Positions 29,020-38,589 of a stretch of 64,000 nucleotides of DNA are shown piece by piece (the stretch's first letter is position 1; each line of letters opens with the position of its first letter). A program made the translations under genes and the position numbers. This DNA is from Gemmatales bacterium (lineage in GTDB: Bacteria > Planctomycetota > Planctomycetia > Gemmatales > HRBIN36). The stretch covers positions 96,001 through 160,000 of the forward strand of contig JBEPZY010000009.1 in NCBI GenBank assembly GCA_041640595.1. The letters are read 5' to 3'. The notes below the pieces were generated by a model that was not told the origin of the DNA, ran no database searches, and saw only the letters and a list, made by a program, of their open reading frames with translations.

Positions 29020-30438
29020 ATGGATCGGCCTCGCACTCTCGGCGAACTCAAAGCCTCCGGTTATCAGCCAGTCAGTGTCAAGGAGGAAATGCGCAGAAAC
29101 TTGATTCGCATGCTCCAGCAGGGAGAACCTTTATTCCCCGGCATCCTTGGTTATGAAGAAACTGTTATCCCCGAGATTTGCAATGCTATCCTTTCTAAGC
29201 ATGATATGCTGTTATTAGGTTTACGGGGCCAGGCCAAGACTCGCATCATTCGCATGCTGACCCGATTTCTCGACGACTATATTCCCGTGCTGGCTAATAC
29301 TCCGACGAACGATAATCCCTTCGCTCCTATCAGCCGGGAAGGGAAGGATTTGATCGAACAACTCGGTGACCAGGCACCTATCGCATGGCTGAGCCGCGAC
29401 CAGCGCTACCACGAAAAGCTGGCGACACCTGACGTTACCGTCGCCGACTTGATAGGTGAGATTGACCTCATCAAGCACGCTGAAGGGAAATACCTCTCCG
29501 ATGAGCGAATCATTCACTATGGCCTGATTCCTCGCACCAATCGAGGCATTTTCGCCATTAATGAGCTACCGGATCTAAGCCCGAAAATCCAGGTAGCACT
29601 GTTCAACGTGCTCGAGGAGCGGGACGTTCAAATCCGTGGTTTTCCGATACGCCTGCCGCTGGACATTTGCCTGGTATTTACGGCCAACCCCGAAGACTAT
29701 ACGAACCGCGGAAGAATCGTTACGCCTTTGAAAGACCGTATAGGTTCCGTGATTCGCACACATTATCCCCGCGACCGCAAGACAGGCGTTGCTATTATCG
29801 AAAACAATGCCTGGCTTAGACGGGAAACTTTACCCATTTACGTACCCGATTACATAAAGGCGATCATTGAAGAGACCGCGCGACTGGCACGGCAATCGCC
29901 GGCCATCAACCAGACATCCGGCGTAAGCGTCCGCTTTTCGGTCGCGGCTATGGACAATGTCCTAAGCAACGCGGAACGTCGGGCGATTTTGCTGGGCGAA
30001 GCGGTTGCCGTTCCGCGGATTACAGACTTAGCATACATAGTGGCCAGCGGCCGAGGCAAGATCGAGCCGGTCATCACCGAGGACGACAGCCAGGAAGACC
30101 GTATCCTGCACAAGCTGCTGGGCGAGGCGATTAGAAATATATTCGCGGAATCTTACGATCTAAAGTCGCTGCGGGCTGTTGTTGAATGGTTTGACAGCGG
30201 TCATACCTTTATTATCGGCGACTTATTACCATCACGCCGGTATTGGGAACAGCTGGAGGAAATTCCGGCCCTCCGGAAAGAGGTCGTTCAGCAACTTAGT
30301 GAACACGCCGGGAAAGTGCCCGCAGCGGGACGGGATCCGCTTGCGGCCAGCCTGAGCGAGTGGATACTTGAGGGGCTTTACGTACATAACAAGATTAGCA
30401 AGGCCAGTCGGGAAGGGCAGATTGCTTATCGGCGTTGA
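29020..30438 (+). CDS. Mg-chelatase ChlI-like AAA+ ATPase
   Basis: Walker A GLRGQAKT, FAINELPDL, FTANPEDYTNRGRIVTPLKDRIGS. Confidence 0.9.
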   Translation: MDRPRTLGELKASGYQPVSVKEEMRRNLIRMLQQGEPLFPGILGYEETVIPEICNAILSKHDMLLLGLRGQAKTRIIRMLTRFLDDYIPVLANTPTNDNPFAPISREGKDLIEQLGDQAPIAWLSRDQRYHEKLATPDVTVADLIGEIDLIKHAEGKYLSDERIIHYGLIPRTNRGIFAINELPDLSPKIQVALFNVLEERDVQIRGFPIRLPLDICLVFTANPEDYTNRGRIVTPLKDRIGSVIRTHYPRDRKTGVAIIENNAWLRRETLPIYVPDYIKAIIEETARLARQSPAINQTSGVSVRFSVAAMDNVLSNAERRAILLGEAVAVPRITDLAYIVASGRGKIEPVITEDDSQEDRILHKLLGEAIRNIFAESYDLKSLRAVVEWFDSGHTFIIGDLLPSRRYWEQLEEIPALRKEVVQQLSEHAGKVPAAGRDPLAASLSEWILEGLYVHNKISKASREGQIAYRR

Positions 30439-30604
30439 CACGAAGCGGTCACTTTTTCGCCTGTTTAAAAAACCAATAAGCCCGGCGAAACTTAGCAGGG
30501 CAGGCATTTCGGTCCGAGCCTGTTTTAGGAGATCCCCTAATCTCGTTCGGCCCGCGTTGACCGGAGTATGCTTTGTTAGAAAGCTAGCGATTCGACTTGC
30601 ATGC

Positions 30605-31078
30605 TTAGACGGGCAAACCGAGGGCACGTCGCTTTTCTTCGATAAATTTTACGTGGTGGGGAATGTGGTTAATCGCGGTTTGCAATAACTGTTCGACCGT
30701 CCGCGGTCCTGCCTGATTGTGTACGGCCACACGTTGAAAATCCTCAGGCTTGAGTGTGCGCAGGATTCGCGCCAGTTGCCGTCTTGTCCACTCGATAATG
30801 TTAAGTTCCTCTTCCAGGTCGCGCTCGTGATAAGCAAGGCGCTGCACGAATAAGTCGTGATTTGCCGCAAGAATCGTGGGGCGATCTTCGGCGATCGCGC
30901 GTTTAATGCGATCGGCGAAAATCGGCTCAAAGTCGGCCAGATGGCAAACGACTTCCATAGTGCTCCACCGACCCGGAACCGGTCGGGCCAGGAGTTGCTC
31001 TTTAGTCATCCCGGCTACAGCACGACGCACTAAATCCGGGCCAGCTAAATATTCTCGAATCCGCGCTTCTATATCCAT
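30605..31078 (-). CDS. DinB-family protein
   Basis: PVPGRWSTMEVVCHLADFE ... NHIPHHVKFI; AAGGAG RBS. Confidence 0.9.
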   Translation of the reverse strand: MDIEARIREYLAGPDLVRRAVAGMTKEQLLARPVPGRWSTMEVVCHLADFEPIFADRIKRAIAEDRPTILAANHDLFVQRLAYHERDLEEELNIIEWTRRQLARILRTLKPEDFQRVAVHNQAGPRTVEQLLQTAINHIPHHVKFIEEKRRALGLPV

Positions 31079-31103
31079 AGTGTTGCTCCTTGATGGCGAC
31101 CGG

Positions 31104-32042
31104 CTATAGTTCAAGTTGTTGTTTTTGCCACAGCCATTGCCGACGCAAGCCTTCATCGAGACCGACCCGCGGCTGCCAGGAGAAATGAAGCCGCAATTTA
31201 GTGGTGTCCGCGAAAGTATAGCGCTGATCTCCAGGACGAGCGGCTTCCTGGCGAATCCTGGCTCGCCGACCGGTGATCATTTCCAGCTTGCGCACAATAT
31301 CCCAGACAGTAGCAGTTTCGCCACCACCGACGTTGTATGTCTCGCCTGGACAGGCGTCCATAGCGCGGAGAGTGGCTTCGACGCAATCGCTGATATAAGT
31401 GTTACCACGCACCTGCAGGCCGTCTCCGTAAATAATCACCGGCTCATCGCGCAGGAGCGCCTCGATAAAACGATGATAGGCCATATCGGGCCGTTGCCGG
31501 GGGCCATATACGGAAAAATATCGCAACACCACAAGCGGCAAACCATAAGCCTCGGCGTGAGCGCGGCATAGATGCTCAGCCGCCAGCTTGGTCACTCCAT
31601 AGGGGGAAATTGGTTTCAGGGGCAGACTTTCATCTCCGGAAGCGTAACGGCCATAGACGGAGGAAGTGCTGATATAGAGGAATCGTCTTAGCCTCGAAGC
31701 AGCAGTGCGAATCGCCTCTAATAGTCGGTGTGTAGCCAGCACATTGCAGGTCCAGTATCCTTCAAAATCCTGCCATGCCTGTACCAGACCAGGCATAGCC
31801 GCCAGGTGAAATATGTATTCGACCGAACTCACCAGCTGATTGAGATCGGCGGTTCGCAGATCAAGATCGTAAAAGCGAAAACGTGAATGGTTCAGCAATT
31901 CGGCTAAATTACGTTTTTTGATGGCGGGGTCATAGTAAGGGATGAATGCGTCAATTCCAAGAACTTCGTGCCCCTCTTGCACAAGCCGCTCGCACAAATG
32001 GGAACCGATGAAACCAGCAGCACCGGTAACCAGACATCGCAT
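31104..32042 (-). CDS. NAD-dependent epimerase/dehydratase
   Basis: [24 protein letters not shown] (YxxxK), [16 protein letters not shown]. Confidence 0.95.
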   Translation of the reverse strand: MRCLVTGAAGFIGSHLCERLVQEGHEVLGIDAFIPYYDPAIKKRNLAELLNHSRFRFYDLDLRTADLNQLVSSVEYIFHLAAMPGLVQAWQDFEGYWTCNVLATHRLLEAIRTAASRLRRFLYISTSSVYGRYASGDESLPLKPISPYGVTKLAAEHLCRAHAEAYGLPLVVLRYFSVYGPRQRPDMAYHRFIEALLRDEPVIIYGDGLQVRGNTYISDCVEATLRAMDACPGETYNVGGGETATVWDIVRKLEMITGRRARIRQEAARPGDQRYTFADTTKLRLHFSWQPRVGLDEGLRRQWLWQKQQLEL

Positions 32043-32089
32043 CTGTCGTCCTCCCTGACTTAGTTAGTACGGGTGGCATTTATCTAAGC

Positions 32090-34033
32090 TTATTGCTTCA
32101 GGAGCTTGACCTCCGCTCCCTGACTATCCAGGCACTGAATTTCGAGAAAATCGGGCGGCTGATTTGGCACCACGTGGATGAGTATCTGCATCTGCTTGCG
32201 TTCTTCCAGCGAACTAATATCCTTGCGTCGGCGATTGAGTAAATAATGAGCGACCGCTTCAGCGACGCGAAGATGAACCCGACGAATGTCGCCGTGGTGA
32301 GCAGCCAGCTGAAGCAGGCGCATGATTTCCAGGCTCATACTTTCCGCGGTTTTCACCTGACCGGTCCCGTGACACCAGGGGCAATCTTCAAAGATGCTGC
32401 GTTTCAGTGAGGGACGTATGCGTTGCCGAGTCATTTCTACAATGCAGAACGGCGACATTCGCAAAATCTTAGTGCGGGCCCGGTCTCGCTTGACAGCCTC
32501 CCGCAACGTGCGCTCCACGTCGCGTTTATGCTGTTCATCACGCATATCAATGAAGTCAATAACAATAACTCCCCCTAAGTCCCGAAGGCGAAGTTGACGT
32601 GCAATCTCTTTGGCGGCGGCTAGATTTACTTGATATGCCGTTTGCTCGGCATCGTTATCTGCTCGAAAGTTACCGCTATTGACATCCACGGCCACCAGGG
32701 CTTCGGTGGTGTCAATGACGATCGAGGCTCCACCAGGTAGTTGCACACGCCGACTTTGCACACGGGCAATTTCCTGTTCGATGCCGTAGCGGTGAAATAG
32801 GGGTTCGCTTTCGGAGTAAAGATGAAGGCGATTGGCATAACGCGGCATGACGATTTGTAAAAACTCGCGGGCATGCTCGTAAGCGTGCGGCTCGTCCACC
32901 CAGATGTTTTCGATATTGCTATCGAAAACGTCGCGGATGGTGCGGATAATCATGTCGCTTTCCTGATAGATAAGGGCTGGTGCCCGCGTTTTCCGCACCC
33001 GTCGGATAACTACTTTCCAGACCCGCGACAGATAAGCCAGGTCGCGCTGCAATTCTTTCTTGGTGCGGTCTATGCCGGCTGTGCGAATAATAAAACCCAG
33101 CCCTCGAGGGGGATTTAGTTCCTGAAGGATTTGCCGGAGTCGCCGTCGTTTTTCCTCGTCCGTGATCTTGCGGGAAACGCCGATCCGGTTCAGACCCGGC
33201 ATAAGCACCAGGTATCGGCCTGGAATACTAATATAAGTGGAGAGCGTGGGACCTTTCGTGCCTACACCTTCTTTGATCACCTGGACTAACACTTCTTGTC
33301 CGCGGCGAAAGATTTCCTGAATAGGTGGTTTGGGTTGACGGCGAGGGCTTATGCGAACTCGTGGCCGAGAACGAGTTGCCGTGGACGTCTCACCGGACAC
33401 AGTAAAGGTTATCCTTGGAGCGTTTTCTGCACTGATAGCGGGCGGTTCGGAGGGTGCCTGGGTAATGGGCAGGGAATCGCTATCAACGGTGGCTAAAGCA
33501 GATTCCGGAGATGGAGTAGCGGTCGAGGCGGTTAATGTTTGCACTGCCTGGTCGGCGGGCGGCGAAGTTACTGAGGGAAGCGGTTCGGCAAAGCCACCAA
33601 ACGGTCGCTCTCGGCCACGCGGCTCCGGAGGCGGGTGATGAGCCGGGACGGTTTCGATCTGCGTGAACGTAGTGCTGGCCGCTTCTGAAGATTCGTCCAG
33701 GCCGAATTCGTCGTCTTCCGGCGCTTCGTAAACAGGCATATCGGGAAGTTCCAACAACGGATCCGCTGGAGCCGGCTTGCCTTCGAGAATGTGACGATAA
33801 TACTGGGGAGCCACGTCGCTAACGTGCAGGAAGCCATTGCGGCCGACGCCGAAATCCACAAAAACTGCCTGGATGCTCGGCTCGATATTAACGATGCGTC
33901 CTTTGTAAATATTGCCGATATAGCTTTCGTGGGAAGTGCGTTCGATGTAGAGCTCTTCAAGAACGCCATCCTCCAGAATAGCGATGCGACATTCTTCGGG
34001 CTCCAGGACATTAATAAGCATTTCCTTTTTCAT
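32090..34033 (-). CDS. Ribonuclease E/G family protein
   Basis: GNIYKGRIVNIEPSIQAVFVDFG, LVQVIKEGVGTKGPTL, AVDVNSG, QLRLRDLGGVIVIDFIDM, CPWCHGTG. Confidence 0.96.
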   Translation of the reverse strand: MKKEMLINVLEPEECRIAILEDGVLEELYIERTSHESYIGNIYKGRIVNIEPSIQAVFVDFGVGRNGFLHVSDVAPQYYRHILEGKPAPADPLLELPDMPVYEAPEDDEFGLDESSEAASTTFTQIETVPAHHPPPEPRGRERPFGGFAEPLPSVTSPPADQAVQTLTASTATPSPESALATVDSDSLPITQAPSEPPAISAENAPRITFTVSGETSTATRSRPRVRISPRRQPKPPIQEIFRRGQEVLVQVIKEGVGTKGPTLSTYISIPGRYLVLMPGLNRIGVSRKITDEEKRRRLRQILQELNPPRGLGFIIRTAGIDRTKKELQRDLAYLSRVWKVVIRRVRKTRAPALIYQESDMIIRTIRDVFDSNIENIWVDEPHAYEHAREFLQIVMPRYANRLHLYSESEPLFHRYGIEQEIARVQSRRVQLPGGASIVIDTTEALVAVDVNSGNFRADNDAEQTAYQVNLAAAKEIARQLRLRDLGGVIVIDFIDMRDEQHKRDVERTLREAVKRDRARTKILRMSPFCIVEMTRQRIRPSLKRSIFEDCPWCHGTGQVKTAESMSLEIMRLLQLAAHHGDIRRVHLRVAEAVAHYLLNRRRKDISSLEERKQMQILIHVVPNQPPDFLEIQCLDSQGAEVKLLKQ

Positions 34034-34770
34034 GCTGGTTGGGCCTCCACGACCGCCTCGTCGGCGAGTTGAAGTGTGACGCGTTCGATAACTGTACCTT
34101 CGTCCACTAAATGTTCGAGATCGAGAAGCCGCAGGATTTCTTCAGGCCGGGCTGTTCCTTGCGGTGTAATTGCACAGGAGAAATATAGATAGCCGCTGTC
34201 CAGCCAGATGCGTTCCACCCAGGGGCGAATGTCCAGGGAACGAATTTGCCGGCGCTGTACCGGGGCCACCAGCGGTACTTCGATATCCCCCATCGCCGGA
34301 TCGGGTCGCTGAGTACCGCCTTCTAAAACGCGGACACGCTCGACCCACCAGTGCGGTTGCTGCTCCAGTTGGGCCAACCGTTGCGGAATGACGCTTTCCT
34401 GAAGTTCCGCCGGAATGGCCAGCCTGTAGATGGCTCGAACCGGTCGGGCAGTTTGCCTGGGATCGATCAGGCGGACGGAGACGATTTCCAGGCCCGGTCG
34501 GCATTGCTCGGCGAGACGCCGGTGGATTTCCTCCGCGGGAATGGGTTCGGTGAATTCGATTTCGACAACCTCGTCCAGACCGGCGATACCCAATGCTAAC
34601 GCACAAGCGAAGGCCATACGGGGCATCGGGTGGAACCCCTCCGACAGCCGGAAGGGTAAACCCGCCCGACGGAGCATGCGCTCGAACATCCGCGCCAGGT
34701 CGTGGTGACTGAAAAATCGCAGGTCACCGACCTTACGAAAGCGAATACGCGCCTTGGTAATCGTATTCAT
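34030..34770 (-). CDS. DUF2344 / TIGR03936-type radical-SAM-associated protein
   Basis: RFRKVGDLRFFSHHDLARMFERMLRRAGLPFRLSEGFHPMPRMAFACALALG; overlaps the RNase E/G start. Confidence 0.9.
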   Translation of the reverse strand: MNTITKARIRFRKVGDLRFFSHHDLARMFERMLRRAGLPFRLSEGFHPMPRMAFACALALGIAGLDEVVEIEFTEPIPAEEIHRRLAEQCRPGLEIVSVRLIDPRQTARPVRAIYRLAIPAELQESVIPQRLAQLEQQPHWWVERVRVLEGGTQRPDPAMGDIEVPLVAPVQRRQIRSLDIRPWVERIWLDSGYLYFSCAITPQGTARPEEILRLLDLEHLVDEGTVIERVTLQLADEAVVEAQPA

Positions 34771-34914
34771 GTCGCCAGGAATCACTCCTGGCCGGACACC
34801 TCTGCAGTAGGGAGCACATCGGCCAGAAACGAATTGCCCTGAGGCTGGTCGGAATGGGCAGACAATTCGCCGGCCTGAAGTATTTGCTTGCGATGGCAGC
34901 AGGCATCCGGCACG

Positions 34915-36672
34915 CTATAAGGCCAGTGCCTCGGGCAAAAGACGCCGGATTCGTTCGCGTAAATAAGTGGCAATATCCTGTGCGGTTTCCATTTGCAAGA
35001 CGGTTTCTGCGTCCCGACGGGCTTCTTCGGCGCTAATCGAGCGGACCAGCTTTTTGATCTCCAGAATGGCGTGAGGAGGGGTACTGAGCTGGCGCAAGCC
35101 CAGTCCGATGAGCAAATAGGCGTACATGGGCTCGCCACTCATTTCTCCGCAGACATTGACGGGAATGCCAGCCCGTTCAGCAGCACGGACAACCTGGTCA
35201 ATCAGCCGAATCACCGCCGGGTCGGAAGCGTTGTACAGGTAGGCGACGTTTTCGTTGGTGCGATCCGCAGCCAGTGTGTACTGGATGAGGTCATTGGTGC
35301 CGATGGAGAAAAAGTCCACTTCCCGGGCGAGGAGATCCGCCAGCAGTGCGGCGGACGGCACCTCGATCATGGTGCCCACAGGAATACGGTGGTTGAAAGG
35401 AATTTTCTCCTCGTCGAGTTCCTCCATAACATCGTTGAGCAGCAGCTTGGCTTCGCGGAGTTCGGAAATGGTGCTGACCATAGGGAACATAATGCGAACG
35501 TCGCCGAAAGCGCTGGCTCGCAGAATGGCCCGCAATTGGACGCGGAAAAGGTTCTTGTTACGCAAGCACAAACGCAGGCTTCGCACGCCCAAAAAAGGAT
35601 TCCGCTCCTGCGCCAGCGGGTCGGTAACGGCACTGAACTTGTCGGCGCCGACATCGAGAGTGCGAATAACAATGGGCTTGCCAGGAAGCTGCCGAATGAC
35701 TTTCAGATACGCTTCCAGATGTTCCTGCTCGGTCGGGTCCTCCTTGCGGCTCAGGTAAAGGAATTCGGTTCTGTACAGCCCGACGCCTTCCGCGCCTCGT
35801 TCAAGAATCTGGCCGGCTTCTTCGGGAAATTCAATGTTGCCGTATAGATGAATGTGCACACCGTCGCGAGTAACTGCGGGCAGGTCGCGCAACTCGATGA
35901 GTTCGCGTTCCAGGCCGGCAAGCGCTCGCTGAGCCTGGCGGTAGTGTTCCAGCGTGTCCGAATCGGGGTCGAGAATAACCACGCCGCGATTGCCATCCAC
36001 GATCACCAAGTCGCCACCGGAAACGTCGGTAAGAAATTTTCCCAGACCGACCACGGCTGGAATTCCCAAAACGCCCGCAACGATGGCCGTATGACTGGTG
36101 CGACCACCAACCTCGGTGGCGAATGCCAGCACATGCTGACGGTCCAGTTGAGCTGTTTCGCTGGGAGTTAAGTCGTGGGCCAGTAAAACCACCGGTTGAG
36201 CCAGTTTGTGCAATTGCTCCTGCCGCTGGCCGATCAGTTGCCGTAACAGACGCTTCTCGATGTCAAACAAATCGCTCTGACGGTCTGCAAGGAAGCGCTG
36301 GTTCAGTCCGGCCAGAAGTTTGGCGCGGCGTCGAATCACACGGCTCAGGGCATATTCGGCAGTGAAGCCACGGTCGCGGATATTCGCGGCCACTTCGTTG
36401 CGTAAGCCGGGATCCTCAATCAGAGCGGCGTGGGCACCGAAAATCTCCCCGTATTTTTCGCCTAACTTTTCGGCAACTGTCCGCTGGTCAGCGCGAGCCT
36501 CTGCGGCGGCGGCTTTGATCGCCCGGTCGAAACGCTCAATTTCCTGCGGATAGGTTCCCTGGGGGATAAACCGCTCCGGGATGCGCACTTCCTCAGTGTC
36601 CAGCACCCAGGCTGGGCCAATGGCTACTCCTGGGGAGACAGGTATTCCCCGTTTGATCTCCATAAGGACCAC
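34915..36672 (-). CDS. ptsI: Phosphoenolpyruvate-protein phosphotransferase (PTS enzyme I)
   Basis: GGRTSHTAIVA phospho-His motif, GVGLYRTEF, NPFLGVRSLR, MIEVPSAA, SIGTNDLIQY, CGEMSG. Confidence 0.97.
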   Translation of the reverse strand: MVLMEIKRGIPVSPGVAIGPAWVLDTEEVRIPERFIPQGTYPQEIERFDRAIKAAAAEARADQRTVAEKLGEKYGEIFGAHAALIEDPGLRNEVAANIRDRGFTAEYALSRVIRRRAKLLAGLNQRFLADRQSDLFDIEKRLLRQLIGQRQEQLHKLAQPVVLLAHDLTPSETAQLDRQHVLAFATEVGGRTSHTAIVAGVLGIPAVVGLGKFLTDVSGGDLVIVDGNRGVVILDPDSDTLEHYRQAQRALAGLERELIELRDLPAVTRDGVHIHLYGNIEFPEEAGQILERGAEGVGLYRTEFLYLSRKEDPTEQEHLEAYLKVIRQLPGKPIVIRTLDVGADKFSAVTDPLAQERNPFLGVRSLRLCLRNKNLFRVQLRAILRASAFGDVRIMFPMVSTISELREAKLLLNDVMEELDEEKIPFNHRIPVGTMIEVPSAALLADLLAREVDFFSIGTNDLIQYTLAADRTNENVAYLYNASDPAVIRLIDQVVRAAERAGIPVNVCGEMSGEPMYAYLLIGLGLRQLSTPPHAILEIKKLVRSISAEEARRDAETVLQMETAQDIATYLRERIRRLLPEALAL

Positions 36673-36682
36673 TCAAAAGCAA

Positions 36683-36961
36683 CTATTCCGGTTCAGCGCG
36701 GGTGAGGATAGCAGCGAGTTCTTCGACAGCTTGACCGGCATCCGGACCGACAGCTTCGATGACGACTTCGGCCCCGTGAGCGGCTCCAAGCTGAAGAATA
36801 TCGAAAGGGCTGCGGCAATTCTCGGCACGCCGATCCCCATGGGTCAGGACAATCTGACAGTGATAGCGAGCCGCCGCCCGGGCACATTCAGCCGCCTGCC
36901 GGATATGCAACCCCTGCGGGTCGCCGATTCGCACACTTCGCACCACGCGGTCCTGCGTCAT
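36683..36961 (-). CDS. ptsH: Phosphocarrier protein HPr
   Basis: PQGLHIRQAA (His15 motif variant), RSPFDILQLGA; lies between the IIA and EI genes. Confidence 0.88.
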   Translation of the reverse strand: MTQDRVVRSVRIGDPQGLHIRQAAECARAAARYHCQIVLTHGDRRAENCRSPFDILQLGAAHGAEVVIEAVGPDAGQAVEELAAILTRAEPE

Positions 36962-37047
36962 CCTCGCCTGGCCCTGGTGGGGCTGATTTGAGGAAAAGGT
37001 TAAGCCGGTTCGCTGTGAGGTGATTGCTTTTACCTGCTTGCCGCCAG

Positions 37048-37515
37048 TTAGCTTCCACTCTCCGATTCCAGAATTAACTCCCAAATTTCCTGGGCCGTAG
37101 TCGCCTGTCGCAGGAACCGGCAAAAGGTCTCGTTGCGGAGATTGCGTGTGACGTTTTCCAATGCCCGCAAATGTTCACCAGTCCTATCCACGGGCGAAAT
37201 AAGCAACACAAAGATGTACACAGCTTCGTTGTCAATGCTCTGGAAATCCACGCCCTGGTGGGAAACGGCAACGGTACCGATAGGCCGATCTACACTTTCG
37301 TGCTTGGTGTGGGGAATAGCTACTCCGTGCCCGATACCGGTGGAACCCAGTTGCTCACGCTTCAGCAGAGCTTTGACAATGCTCTCCACCTGGTTGGGCT
37401 TGATATGGCCGGTGCGTTTCAGCGCCTCGACCATTTCCCGGATGACGCCTTCTTTAGTGGTCTGGGTCAAGTTAGGGATCAGCGCGTCCCGGACCACGAA
37501 CTCGGACATTCGCAT
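37048..37515 (-). CDS. PTS IIA (fructose/nitrogen-regulatory type)
   Basis: REQLGSTGIGHGVAIPH, GVDFQSIDNEAV, HLRAL. Confidence 0.93.
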   Translation of the reverse strand: MRMSEFVVRDALIPNLTQTTKEGVIREMVEALKRTGHIKPNQVESIVKALLKREQLGSTGIGHGVAIPHTKHESVDRPIGTVAVSHQGVDFQSIDNEAVYIFVLLISPVDRTGEHLRALENVTRNLRNETFCRFLRQATTAQEIWELILESESGS

Positions 37516-37681
37516 GGGATGCGCCCTTTCTCTGCTCAATTTTCGCTGGTTTGCCGGAGCCAAGTCGTACTGGCCAGGCCAGGATGGATAGTGAAAGCCC
37601 GGCCCTGCTGGGTCGCCAGAACCCCGGCTCCGAATCATAATAATACGGACAACGGCGTCCCGTGCCTCGAACTGCAGGAGC

Positions 37682-38002
37682 CTACGGGACACCGCCCATT
37701 GGCGGTGTACGGCGGTGATCCTGGATTTTTTCCTTGTAGCGAGTCAGCTGTTTTTCGAGTTTATCCATGATCAGATCCACCGCGGCTCGCACATCGCCAG
37801 CCGACTCACGGGCGACGAAATCGTGTTTGTGTTCCGCGGAAACGAGAAATTCCACCTGCTTGATGTCTCCCTTGAGGTCCACCGTGACCTCGATGGCGGT
37901 CAACCGGTCGAAATGGTGGATTAGCCGTTCCGCTTTCTCACGAATGAATTGTTGCAGTTCTGGTGATAGTTGCCCGTGTCGTGCTGAGATTTTGATAAGC
38001 AC
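37682..38002 (-). CDS. hpf: Ribosome hibernation factor HPF/RaiA
   Basis: IKISARHGQLSPELQQFIREKAERL ... AAVDLIMDKLEKQLTRYKEK; AGGAG RBS before GTG. Confidence 0.9.
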   Translation of the reverse strand: MLIKISARHGQLSPELQQFIREKAERLIHHFDRLTAIEVTVDLKGDIKQVEFLVSAEHKHDFVARESAGDVRAAVDLIMDKLEKQLTRYKEKIQDHRRTPPMGGVP

Positions 38003-38174
38003 GCGCCAACTCCTGAGCCATTCAGCCAGCTTACGCCAGCCGCCTTCCAGGTGTTTGCCTGCACTCTGGTTCGTCAGGCACACTAATCATAGAAGCAGTT
38101 CAAAAGCGGGTCAATCGAGCTTGGCATTCACCCTGGCCCAGGGGCGAAAATCACGCGGAAAACAATCGTCGTTA

Positions 38175-38376
38175 CAGTGGCCACTGACCAGTGACCAGTG
38201 GTCGGTGGCCGGTGGTCAGTGGCCGGAGGTCAGTGGCTGGTGTTCAGTGCTCGGTGATCAGTAGTCGGTGGCCAGGGAACTAGACGGCGTGACTTGCCGG
38301 TACGGGCTGGCGTTTGTTTGTGTTCGCATCACGCTCGCCTGTTCCGCTGACCACCGACCACTGACCACCGGCCACA
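38175..38376. repeat. Heptamer tandem repeats C(A/G)GTGG(C/T), then an inverted block
   Basis: cagtgac cagtggt cggtggc cggtggt cagtggc ... to about 38275; reverse-orientation gaccacc gaccact gaccacc ggccac at about 38349-38376. Confidence 0.8.
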
Positions 38377-38589
38377 TTTATGGCCTGTCATGCTGGCCTG
38401 TTTCGGTCTGGTAAGCCCCAATGCACCCGGCGTTGGACATTGGTAGGCTGTCTGTCGACTGGTCATGTTGAGGGGAAGCCGGTCGGGCTCGTGGTCAGTT
38501 TTGGTAAAAGGCTGGCGACTTCTTAGCCGATACATTCGATACCAGCTGCAAAGTTTAACATGCTTTGTGGCTGGGGCGGAGAATCAGTC

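Noticed and set aside
29020..30438. True magnesium chelatase (photosynthesis)
   Set aside because: No chlH/chlD or other pigment genes nearby; this gene and the comM-like gene belong to non-photosynthetic AAA+ subfamilies.
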